In this document: one piece after another, positions 55,709-64,000 of the stretch
How positions within the stretch are numbered: the first letter of the stretch is position 1
Layout: every line of letters begins with the position of its first letter
IMG/VR virus record: IMGVR_UViG_3300027374_000001
Source: a virus
Taxonomy: Duplodnaviria; Caudoviricetes
Length of the DNA: 64,000 nucleotides
Reading direction: 5' to 3' (one strand)
The notes under the pieces: model-generated
Databases searched by the model: none
The model's input: only the letters and a program-made list of their open reading frames with translations
What the model was told of the DNA's origin: nothing
Made by a program: the position numbers and the translations under genes

Positions 55709-57542
55709 ATATCATACCTCTTATCAATTCGACCTCATCTAACTGCGGATTATACATAATCTGCATAGGTTGCAGCGGCATTTGGATATTTTGTTGCATG
55801 TAAGGATTGGTATAATCAATTAAGTTAGAACTTTGATTAGTTTCTGGTATTGTAAGTTGCTCTTGCATCTTCTTTACGTCTTCTGATGAATATACAGTGG
55901 AGAATTCAAATATATTATCCTCGCCGTCATCAATGGATTTAATATTCGTAGAATACCCATTTGTCTTGACTTTATCATTATGATAAGATGTATTTAATGT
56001 GGATTCTACAGTATATAAACTTTCCTTAAATACTGGAACTGGGCTATAGAAATCTTCTATTAATTTAATAGAATTATCTTTATGGAACGGTTGGCAGATA
56101 TAATCTCTATAAGTCCTTACTCTTTGCTTAATATTCTTAAATGCCATATACTCATTGCCTTCGGCATCAAATTCCTTATTGAGAATTATACCTAAATCTA
56201 CATTATCAAGCATCAATAAAGATTCTCCTACATTAGACTTTCCAAGCATTCTAGTCAAATCCATTGTAGCTCTTGTAGATTTTTCATCTATAATTTTGGC
56301 CCCTTCCCTGTTCAAATGTGAGTCAGTTATTACAGGAATATCCTTAAGAATAGCAAACGTTTTCATCTCATTCACTACATCACCGAGCTCAAGTCTTAAA
56401 TCGGTATTCCCTGCTACTGATCTAATTCTTTTTACATGATCTTGGAATAAGCATATAGTTTCATAACCCTCATCCTCTAAATCTTCTACTAATGTATAAA
56501 GATATCCGGTATCAACAGACCTATTTGGTTTATACTTAATTATCAAATCTATTGGTGAATCATCACTAAGGTAAAGTTCTCCTTGCGTTCTGAGAAGCAT
56601 TTCTACTTCTTCGAGAGTGTGATTTCTAATATCTTCTCCAGTTGCTATAGTAAATAATCTTTGGATTGTTTCGGTAACATCGTTTTCCATAGTAAGAAAC
56701 ACTATACATGGGCGTTTTGTTGGGTCCTTGGGTTTGAATCCTTTATTATACTTCTTCATCTGATATGCTATATTCAGCATAGATAAAGATTTACCAACTC
56801 CAGTAAGACCGAATAATAAATAGCATCTTGTATTTTCAAATCCTCCTCCGATAAGTTGATTAAATCCTTGCATACCAGTTACAAGATATCTAAACTTACT
56901 ATTCAATGTGTCATAAACATCAGCTAATACGCTCTTAAAACTCTCCTCTCCGAGGTTAAAGGTTTTCTCAGTTGAATTAACACTATCATTTTTCCTAAAT
57001 CTATTATTAATATCCCTAAAATATTCCTTCGCCTCTATGAATACGGAATTTATATTTGATGCTTCTGCTGCCAATAGCCTCGTTAAGATATCAATTCCCT
57101 CTTCTGCCCTCTCATATAAAAACGAGCAAGATAATGTGTTACTTACAGTTTCGTTTATCCATTCTATTTCTCCAGTAGACATTTCTATGAAATTATTAAT
57201 GTCTACAATATCACTCTCCATGAATCCACCATTAATATATTTAATGATAGCTACAGGGTCAGTAAGTTGTCTTTCTAATCTAGCCTCTATGCCCTTTTTG
57301 ATAAATAATATTCTCTTATATCTTTCTTGGTCGTGAATATATCTATCTAAATCAAGAAGCTCAATTAGATTTCTCATATTTATATATGCACCACGCTTAA
57401 TACTCCTATTATTAGTAAGAACGTAAGTACACATAAGATTTAAACTTTCTATATCAAAATTTATAGGAAGTTTTCTAATGGTTTTATTTTTTATAAAAGT
57501 TTTACCATGCCCAGGTTTTTTAACTCTATCTTTAATAACCAT
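55701..57542 (-). CDS. dnaB: replicative SF4 helicase (DnaB/gp41-like)
   Basis: VTGMQGFNQLIGGG, GLTGVGKS, LTMEND, QDHV, SHLNRE; promoter AACATTTTTATAA at 57578-57590. Confidence 0.85.
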   Translation of the reverse strand: MVIKDRVKKPGHGKTFIKNKTIRKLPINFDIESLNLMCTYVLTNNRSIKRGAYINMRNLIELLDLDRYIHDQERYKRILFIKKGIEARLERQLTDPVAIIKYINGGFMESDIVDINNFIEMSTGEIEWINETVSNTLSCSFLYERAEEGIDILTRLLAAEASNINSVFIEAKEYFRDINNRFRKNDSVNSTEKTFNLGEESFKSVLADVYDTLNSKFRYLVTGMQGFNQLIGGGFENTRCYLLFGLTGVGKSLSMLNIAYQMKKYNKGFKPKDPTKRPCIVFLTMENDVTETIQRLFTIATGEDIRNHTLEEVEMLLRTQGELYLSDDSPIDLIIKYKPNRSVDTGYLYTLVEDLEDEGYETICLFQDHVKRIRSVAGNTDLRLELGDVVNEMKTFAILKDIPVITDSHLNREGAKIIDEKSTRATMDLTRMLGKSNVGESLLMLDNVDLGIILNKEFDAEGNEYMAFKNIKQRVRTYRDYICQPFHKDNSIKLIEDFYSPVPVFKESLYTVESTLNTSYHNDKVKTNGYSTNIKSIDDGEDNIFEFSTVYSSEDVKKMQEQLTIPETNQSSNLIDYTNPYMQQNIQMPLQPMQIMYNPQLDEVELIRGMIYE

Positions 57543-57678
57543 ATATCTAGTCTCCTTAATAACTTATCTTTCATTTTTTATAAAAATGTTGTGGGCATAT
57601 TTACTATTCATATCTATATAGTTATCGTATACTTACCTATATAGGCACAATTGCGACAATAATAAAGAGCAAGGCCGG

Positions 57679-58485
57679 TTAGCCTTGCTCGACGTTTCCT
57701 ATGATAGCAGTTACTAAAATATTGAATGCATAAGAATGAACTGACATTAGTATATTTATAATACTTGTTAAAATCCTTTCGTCCTCTCCATCTTCGGTTT
57801 CAATAGACATAATAGCATCCATTTCTAAAGTTAGTAATATTCTTAATTGTTCAGCAAATACCGGTAGTGATATACTAGTATTATCATCTTCAAACAATTT
57901 TACATTACTTTCATTAATAATGATTTCGTTATGCTCCAGCATAGCAGTATACATATCTAACACACTACTCATAGTACTTATAACTGATTTATTCACTGAA
58001 AATTGAAGATCGGAATTCAGTAGTTTCTTGATGTTTCCAACTTGAGAAACTATAGCCCTATTATTAATAGCCGATGTATAATTCTTATCAATAATATCTA
58101 TTAAAATATTATAGCTTGCTGGGTCTTCAACCTTTATTTTAAATTGGGTTTTCAAATCCTCTAATACATATTCTTCAACTTTCCCATTAGCATCTGTTAT
58201 TATATGATGCTCGATGAATCTAGTGTAAGCTATCTGATAAAGTTCTTCCCACATCAAACCGGATAAATTAATCACACCATTTATGGTATCATCTCTATAA
58301 TCGTTTAATTCAGTACGTTTTAATACCTTTTGTTCTGGCAATTCGATATCTAATCTGAATCCGCTTGCGACTGTAAACGTTTTCAAATTATATACTAAAA
58401 TAAAATCAGAACTTTCTTCTTTATTAAACTCATACATGAGTATATATTTATCTTTTACATCTATTAAAATTTTTGGAATTTTCAT
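57679..58485 (-). CDS. hypothetical protein
   Basis: 268-aa ORF with AGGAGG RBS. Confidence 0.65.
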   Translation of the reverse strand: MKIPKILIDVKDKYILMYEFNKEESSDFILVYNLKTFTVASGFRLDIELPEQKVLKRTELNDYRDDTINGVINLSGLMWEELYQIAYTRFIEHHIITDANGKVEEYVLEDLKTQFKIKVEDPASYNILIDIIDKNYTSAINNRAIVSQVGNIKKLLNSDLQFSVNKSVISTMSSVLDMYTAMLEHNEIIINESNVKLFEDDNTSISLPVFAEQLRILLTLEMDAIMSIETEDGEDERILTSIINILMSVHSYAFNILVTAIIGNVEQG

Positions 58486-58498
58486 CTTTATTCCTCCT

Positions 58499-58978
58499 TT
58501 AATCTTCGAAAACTGTATTTAAAAGGGAAATAGCATTTTCACAATATTCGCATATTCTTTTCTTAGCCATTATCACATCATCGTATGATAATCCAAGAAA
58601 CTCGGCATTCACTAAATAAATTATTTTATTATCGCTTGTAAATGTAATAGGCTTATCGCCATTAATAATTACATCAATAATTTTAGAAAGTATTTGCTCA
58701 GCAGTATAACTTGTACAATTAGAATATACTCCCTTGTGTATTCCAGTTATCATTTCTTTTTTATTTATTTCTACTCTAGCACCAAAAAACAAACTTCTGG
58801 CATCTACGATATACTTTATGATATCAGAATTAGGAGTATCCTCATCCTGGTCTTTCATATAATCTATCAGTATTACTCCTATTAATTTATAATAATAACC
58901 ATCATCGTCTTTTGTTAACTGATATAAATATATCTCATCTAACTCTTTACTTACTATATTAAATTCTGGTGCTTTCAT
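58499..58978 (-). CDS. hypothetical protein
   Basis: 159-aa ORF with GAGGAGG RBS. Confidence 0.65.
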   Translation of the reverse strand: MKAPEFNIVSKELDEIYLYQLTKDDDGYYYKLIGVILIDYMKDQDEDTPNSDIIKYIVDARSLFFGARVEINKKEMITGIHKGVYSNCTSYTAEQILSKIIDVIINGDKPITFTSDNKIIYLVNAEFLGLSYDDVIMAKKRICEYCENAISLLNTVFED

Positions 58979-59098
58979 TCATATACCTCCTCATAAGCAT
59001 TATAAATAATATCTTTAAATAGATTTATAATATCGACTTTGGTTAACTTATTGACATTTGCATCTTCTAATTCTGGAGTTATAAATACGGTATATTGG

Positions 59099-59353
59099 TT
59101 AAACATATTTTTTAGCTTCTATAAGACGAGTCCTATAGAATAACACATTCCCGTATTTAGATCCAACTGATTTATAAAAACATACAGCGCGTGAAATCAA
59201 CGGATTATCTTTCACGCTAGAGGTATTCCTACTAGCAATTGCTATTTTTATCATAACAGAATAGTTATTACTCTCTTCTGTTATTTTATATAGGTCTAAA
59301 CTACTATTATAGGTACCGCCATTATTTAATCTAATCATATATTTAACTTCCAC
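59099..59353 (-). CDS. hypothetical protein
   Basis: 84-aa GTG-start ORF following the sbcD-like gene. Confidence 0.45.
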   Translation of the reverse strand: MEVKYMIRLNNGGTYNSSLDLYKITEESNNYSVMIKIAIASRNTSSVKDNPLISRAVCFYKSVGSKYGNVLFYRTRLIEAKKYV

Positions 59354-59354
59354 A

Positions 59355-60506
59355 TCAGATATCCTCCAATATTATTTTCTTTAGTGTTTCTCCATCTATA
59401 AATTCATATCCCTCCTGATCATTTATATATCTAGCAAGAATTTCATATTCAGTCAGTGTTTTGTCGAATACATAATCATATTTATTTTGTATTTCTGATT
59501 CTTGTATTTTCATTGCCCTATCGTGAACTTTATCTCTTTCTACTTTGAGCTTTATATCCTGCTTATTTCTAAAATATTGGTTTAGAAGTTCCATTTTTTC
59601 AGAAGGATAATCACTACCTATACAAATACGAAGATAATCAATTCCATTATTTTTCTTAAGGTTATTGATATACTCTATAACCTCCTGAGGATCTGACAAT
59701 AGTATATCATCAATATTGATAGTGTCATATCTAAATGACTGTATAGTCTCAAGATGCATATAATACTTTCTGGTATCAAGATTATATAGAGTTATAAGAA
59801 ACCCCTTTGCATTTTCTTCCCCAAATGAAGTTCTAATAGGAGACCCAGTATAATAAAAATCACTATCAAAACATCCTCCCGTATGCACATGACCAGATAC
59901 AATCGGACCACAACAATATTGAAAATCATTTATAGTGAACAATCTTGACTCTTTTACATTGTCTCCATATACAGCGCCTTTTATAGTACCATGCATTATA
60001 GCCATGTCATAATAGTCTCGATACAAATAGGATTCATATATTTTTTCATCTACACCATATAATTCCGGTATGCATAATATAGACATTCCTTCTATATGAA
60101 GTATATTCAAAGTTTCTATTACATAGGCCTTATAAAACGGATTATTTTGATAATGATAAAACACATTTAACTGGTCTGCATCATGACTTTTTGTACCTGC
60201 CAATAATATTACTGACGCATTTTTTGTTCTAGAAATCTCCATAAGTCTTCCCACAAATAAAGTAGCATAAGTTATGGGATTACTATCTGCCATGAATTTC
60301 CTATCATATAAATCTCCAGCAACTACTATCAAATCTACTAACGGTAACTGTTCTATCCTTTGAAGAAATTGTTCTTCTAATATTTCATACTGAACCTTTG
60401 GGTCTATCTTTCCGAAATGTATATCAGCAATACTTATAATAACTTTATTGCCGCGTACTACTTTACGTGTAATATCATAATTCTCATATACCATTCCAGG
60501 TATCAT
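59355..60506 (-). CDS. sbcD: SbcD/Mre11-like (gp47-type) nuclease
   Basis: ADIHFG, AGDLYD, GTKSHD, MHG, SGHVH metallophosphoesterase motifs. Confidence 0.85.
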   Translation of the reverse strand: MIPGMVYENYDITRKVVRGNKVIISIADIHFGKIDPKVQYEILEEQFLQRIEQLPLVDLIVVAGDLYDRKFMADSNPITYATLFVGRLMEISRTKNASVILLAGTKSHDADQLNVFYHYQNNPFYKAYVIETLNILHIEGMSILCIPELYGVDEKIYESYLYRDYYDMAIMHGTIKGAVYGDNVKESRLFTINDFQYCCGPIVSGHVHTGGCFDSDFYYTGSPIRTSFGEENAKGFLITLYNLDTRKYYMHLETIQSFRYDTINIDDILLSDPQEVIEYINNLKKNNGIDYLRICIGSDYPSEKMELLNQYFRNKQDIKLKVERDKVHDRAMKIQESEIQNKYDYVFDKTLTEYEILARYINDQEGYEFIDGETLKKIILEDI

Positions 60507-61093
60507 AATATATATCCTGCCTCTCTAAATATATCTCTTATTTTAAGAAGATATATTTTATCTTTCATCAATAATTTATTGTATTTGTCCAAGCATTCTT
60601 CTCCATACACATAGACTACACAATAATTATATATAGACATTAAGATTATTGGTCTTAATGTATTATCTAAATTTAATCTTTTTAGCGTAGGATGCAATGA
60701 AATTGTTATATAATTTTCATCACTATCATGTGTACTAATGTGAATGTGCCAACGTTCTCCCTCTTTACCGGATGCACAGACTGTTAAATCATAATTATAA
60801 TACTTAAAGGCAAATTCAATTGACCCATAATAAGATATAAGCGGCAATACTCTCTTTACCATTGGTATTTCATTCATCATGCCAGATATATATTGTTTAT
60901 TATGATCAAAATCTGAATCAAGCACTAACAATTCTTGTATCATGCTATACATTATATGGATTCCCAGATGAAACTTATCAAAGAAATCCTTTTTAAGCCT
61001 ATGCTGAACATATTTCTTTGCCACATAATATCTTATCTTGTTATCTTTTAGATATTTTATTTCTTTCATAACCCCAACTAATTCAATCAACAT
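60503..61093 (-). CDS. hypothetical protein
   Basis: 196-aa ORF in operon. Confidence 0.6.
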   Translation of the reverse strand: MLIELVGVMKEIKYLKDNKIRYYVAKKYVQHRLKKDFFDKFHLGIHIMYSMIQELLVLDSDFDHNKQYISGMMNEIPMVKRVLPLISYYGSIEFAFKYYNYDLTVCASGKEGERWHIHISTHDSDENYITISLHPTLKRLNLDNTLRPIILMSIYNYCVVYVYGEECLDKYNKLLMKDKIYLLKIRDIFREAGYIL

Positions 61094-61110
61094 TCTTTCC
61101 TCCTGTGTAT

Positions 61111-61860
61111 TTAATAAAATATATTTCTATATTGATTTTCCACTTGTATTCTGTTAATGTATGAGTACGTTAACGATAAAAATGTTTCTTCACACAAACC
61201 GATAAATCCGGGATACTCAGGCATAGATTGATCTAGTATATATTCCTCAAAACTTATTTCTTTTTTACTAAGTTTTATGATTCCACAACCATATATATCT
61301 ATGCCATATAATTCTCTAAGCATATATTTATATGCTGATAGCTGCAAGAAATATTTAAAAGATGCATGATTACTTGTTTTGAAATCCAAAAGATATAATC
61401 TTCCAAATATTTCTATCAAAATGTCTAGTGTGCCCCCAAACCAAGGGCACACTAATGCTTGTTCTTGCATAACTATATTATAGTTTTTAAGAGATACTAT
61501 TTCCCACCATTTTTTAAATGAACCATAAGCATAAGAAACTTCATTACGATAACCAGTAGGTATAGAACTAATATCCAAATCACAGGAGTTTTGAAGAAAA
61601 TTTTCTATTCCGTTATGAACGTATGTTCCTTTGGTTGCTGCTTGCTCTAAAACATCTTCATATCTTTGATGCTTGACTCTTCCTATGAAGTTAGACCACT
61701 TCATTAAATGATCTTCATGAATCATAGCAGATAAAATCTCTGTCACTCTAGGAACCGGATATCTATTGTTATACATATAATGAGAATTATCTATTCCGGC
61801 TTCATCCATATTGATCTTTCTTAACAAACTTTCTATACTCAAAATATTCAATCCTTTCAA
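61111..61860 (-). CDS. PD-(D/E)XK exonuclease (RecB-like)
   Basis: PRVTEIL, KGTYVH, GGTLD, LDFKT, QLSAY. Confidence 0.82.
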   Translation of the reverse strand: MKGLNILSIESLLRKINMDEAGIDNSHYMYNNRYPVPRVTEILSAMIHEDHLMKWSNFIGRVKHQRYEDVLEQAATKGTYVHNGIENFLQNSCDLDISSIPTGYRNEVSYAYGSFKKWWEIVSLKNYNIVMQEQALVCPWFGGTLDILIEIFGRLYLLDFKTSNHASFKYFLQLSAYKYMLRELYGIDIYGCGIIKLSKKEISFEEYILDQSMPEYPGFIGLCEETFLSLTYSYINRIQVENQYRNIFY

Positions 61861-62585
61861 ATTTTCAATTCTGAAATTCTAGCCTTTTCATATTCGCAAC
61901 AGTATTTGTCTGGAAGAATAATATCAAAAGTAATCAGCGACATACGAGAAAAGATATTCATCTTCTGACCAGGCAATTTATTTCTAATAATCGTATATCT
62001 AGCATTAGCAAATAATTCACCATCTCCTGCCGCTTTCATGACTAAATCGAAAAACTTATCATGTCTGCTTATTCTTATATAGACAAATTCGCTGTTATTT
62101 ATATTTGCGTTATCACGTATAACCGATACTATAGAACCGCAATTGTGCAAAATATCGGTTTGAACAAACGATAATTTGTTAAGAGTGCCATCGGAGTTGT
62201 ATAACCGTGAAATCAGCTCATCGACACTTCCAAATAATTGAGCATATGTAGATGACTTTTTAATAAGCATGTCATCTATAGCTCTATCATATGCTTCTCT
62301 TGTAACATAATTCCTATTACAGCTGTAATGATACGTTTCTGGAAGTCTTTTTGATAAACTCTTTGAGTCTATATTATTAATCACTACATAGGTTATCTGG
62401 TTAAGATGACCGGTAATGGGGGGTTTGCGATTTCCTTTTGAAATTAATTTATCTTTTTCTTCTTTGCTTAGATGGTATTTACAAAATGAATTCCTAGTAG
62501 GAATTTTTAAAACCACTGTATCGTCATATTTGCAGCAACGTCTATTCATTTTCTCTACCTCCATCTTACCGTACAAATACATCAA
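61857..62585 (-). CDS. hypothetical protein
   Basis: ORF in operon. Confidence 0.6.
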   Translation of the reverse strand: MMYLYGKMEVEKMNRRCCKYDDTVVLKIPTRNSFCKYHLSKEEKDKLISKGNRKPPITGHLNQITYVVINNIDSKSLSKRLPETYHYSCNRNYVTREAYDRAIDDMLIKKSSTYAQLFGSVDELISRLYNSDGTLNKLSFVQTDILHNCGSIVSVIRDNANINNSEFVYIRISRHDKFFDLVMKAAGDGELFANARYTIIRNKLPGQKMNIFSRMSLITFDIILPDKYCCEYEKARISELKI

Positions 62586-62985
62586 AAGTTATTATTTCAT
62601 CTACCGAATATGCATTGCCTTGTGTACAATTTCCCATATATCTCATACCTGCAGTTAATCTATTAAGTAAATTGTTTTCCTTAAGAAGTTGGTATATCCC
62701 ATTGTCTTCTTTTATTTCAAGAGTAATATATTCATCAGTGACTTCAGTAATTCTTCCTAACGAATTTTCCAATTTTATAGTTTGCATTCTTTCACTACTG
62801 GTAAATGACGTATAATTATCTGAAATATATTCTGAATAAATAGGTATACGTTGATTATTTATCTTTTGCATAAATTTATCAATAGCAATTTTATACGATT
62901 GCATATCATATGTTTTGCCATTTTTATTTTCTTCTCCAGGTTTACACACACGCGCAATTGTCATTTCTAAAATATTGTTTTCCAT
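62566..62985 (-). CDS. hypothetical protein
   Basis: 139-aa ORF; NKNGKTYD faintly recalls prohead-protease N-termini; early-type promoter 63009-63024. Confidence 0.55.
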   Translation of the reverse strand: MENNILEMTIARVCKPGEENKNGKTYDMQSYKIAIDKFMQKINNQRIPIYSEYISDNYTSFTSSERMQTIKLENSLGRITEVTDEYITLEIKEDNGIYQLLKENNLLNRLTAGMRYMGNCTQGNAYSVDEIITFDVFVR

Positions 62986-63106
62986 CTCTATTTCTCCTTT
63001 ATGCTATTCATATTTATTATATATTATTAATAAAAAGTTCTAGCGATATTTATTTTGAAGAGGAACATCAGGGTAAAATTATACGTCATAAGGAGGATTT
63101 TATCTC

Positions 63107-64000
63107 ATGGAACAACAAACGAAAAACTATAGCGCTTCTTATTTATATAATAAAGGAAACTTTGAAAAGTCAATTGTAAAGTTTATAATGTCTGCAGATA
63201 TTGTAGACAAAAATGACAAGTCATTTGAAGATATAAGGTATGATGTGAAGAGAAGACAAGTAACCTCGTCTCTTATGAAAGTTCTCAATAGTGATAATAT
63301 TATACTGCTTAAAGCAAAAACTAATGAGCAAGCATTATCCAGATCATTTAAAGTATTTGCTGCATCAGATATAAGGAGTGGAGATAGACGCACTAAAGTG
63401 TTCATTGACTGTACTGCTGTAATAACAGATAAAGATGGAGCATATAATATAGCAGATAAAAATATGGATATTTTCATATCTTATCTTTTAAATGCTATGG
63501 TTACTTTGATATATTGGGTACAACCGCAAAAATTGTTAAATAACACTGCTATCATAGAAAACGGGTCACAAGCATTCTCTGACCTTACATCACATGTAGT
63601 AGACTACATGAGAATAGGTTCTGTTGATAAGATAAGAGAGAGAACTAAATATCTGGCAGCTCTTTATTTCCAATGCGGAATCATGTGTAAAGAAATGACA
63701 GATAGTATTTATCAACGAGCAAGAAAAATATCTGGATTCAGCAATAGAGAAGCAGATGTTGTTAATTACCTTATGGGTGATGAAGAGAAGATATTTAAAG
63801 ATGTAAATACTTTTGTCGAGTCATTAGGAAGAGTTCTTAAAATAGAAGACAAGCTCAACTTAGATAACTTTATCGAGAGATGGGCTTGGCTATTCGGGTC
63901 TGGAACTGAGTATGGAACAGAGATATTTACTGCATTTTCTTCTCTATTGACAAATGCATACGTTGGAGCATATATCAATAATCAGAAGACTATAGAGAAG
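63107..64000 (+). CDS. hypothetical protein, probably virion structural (3'-partial)
   Basis: AAGGAGG RBS, MEQQTKNYSASYLY..., runs off the window end; late-type promoter AACATCAGGGTAA at 63064-63076; absent from the ORF track. Confidence 0.7.
   Translation, partial: MEQQTKNYSASYLYNKGNFEKSIVKFIMSADIVDKNDKSFEDIRYDVKRRQVTSSLMKVLNSDNIILLKAKTNEQALSRSFKVFAASDIRSGDRRTKVFIDCTAVITDKDGAYNIADKNMDIFISYLLNAMVTLIYWVQPQKLLNNTAIIENGSQAFSDLTSHVVDYMRIGSVDKIRERTKYLAALYFQCGIMCKEMTDSIYQRARKISGFSNREADVVNYLMGDEEKIFKDVNTFVESLGRVLKIEDKLNLDNFIERWAWLFGSGTEYGTEIFTAFSSLLTNAYVGAYINNQKTIEK

Noticed and set aside
61111-61860. Cas4 or spacer-acquisition nuclease
   Set aside because: Lacks the Cas4 Fe-S cysteine pattern; a common phage exonuclease type, far from the arrays
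63434-63442. Self-target of array 1 spacer gatggagca
   Set aside because: Single 9-nt match without a convincing adjacent partner-spacer match; expected by chance in 64 kb. My manual target search was not exhaustive
1-64000. Stop-codon recoding, inteins or introns in core genes
   Set aside because: Genes tile densely under the standard code, and conserved enzymes show no intein or intron-sized interruptions

Overview
AT-rich (~30% GC), densely coding segment of a large myovirus ('jumbo' phage) of the AR9/PBS1/phiKZ type. The host is probably a Bacillota species (strong GGAGG RBSs, Bacillota-like tRNAs; inference). The window holds tail sheath, tube, portal and baseplate genes, four split multisubunit RNA polymerase pieces, the N-terminal half of a split family-B DNA polymerase, NAD+ ligase, RecA/UvsX, SbcC/SbcD, DnaB, RecD/Dda helicase, GyrA/GyrB-type topoisomerase, a tubulin/FtsZ homologue and two tRNAs. 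Two promoter classes are visible: AACAT-N5-TAA (late-like) and ATATAWWAT-N5-TG (early-like). Main discoveries: (1) a TIGR-Tas-like RNA-guided system, made of a nuclease-less Nop/IS110-fold protein (43683-44798) followed by a 38-nt-period dual-repeat array, with two more orphan arrays of the same grammar in the 3' UTRs of unrelated genes (29578-29757, 45622-45707); (2) a short peptide motif, G-M-x-Y (usually preceded by K/R/P), found 18 times in 11 proteins, mostly at the termini of replication and transcription enzymes, suggesting an undescribed docking or targeting signal; (3) a ~370-nt GC-rich structured non-coding region between the two tRNAs. All calls come from reading motifs by eye; no database search was run.
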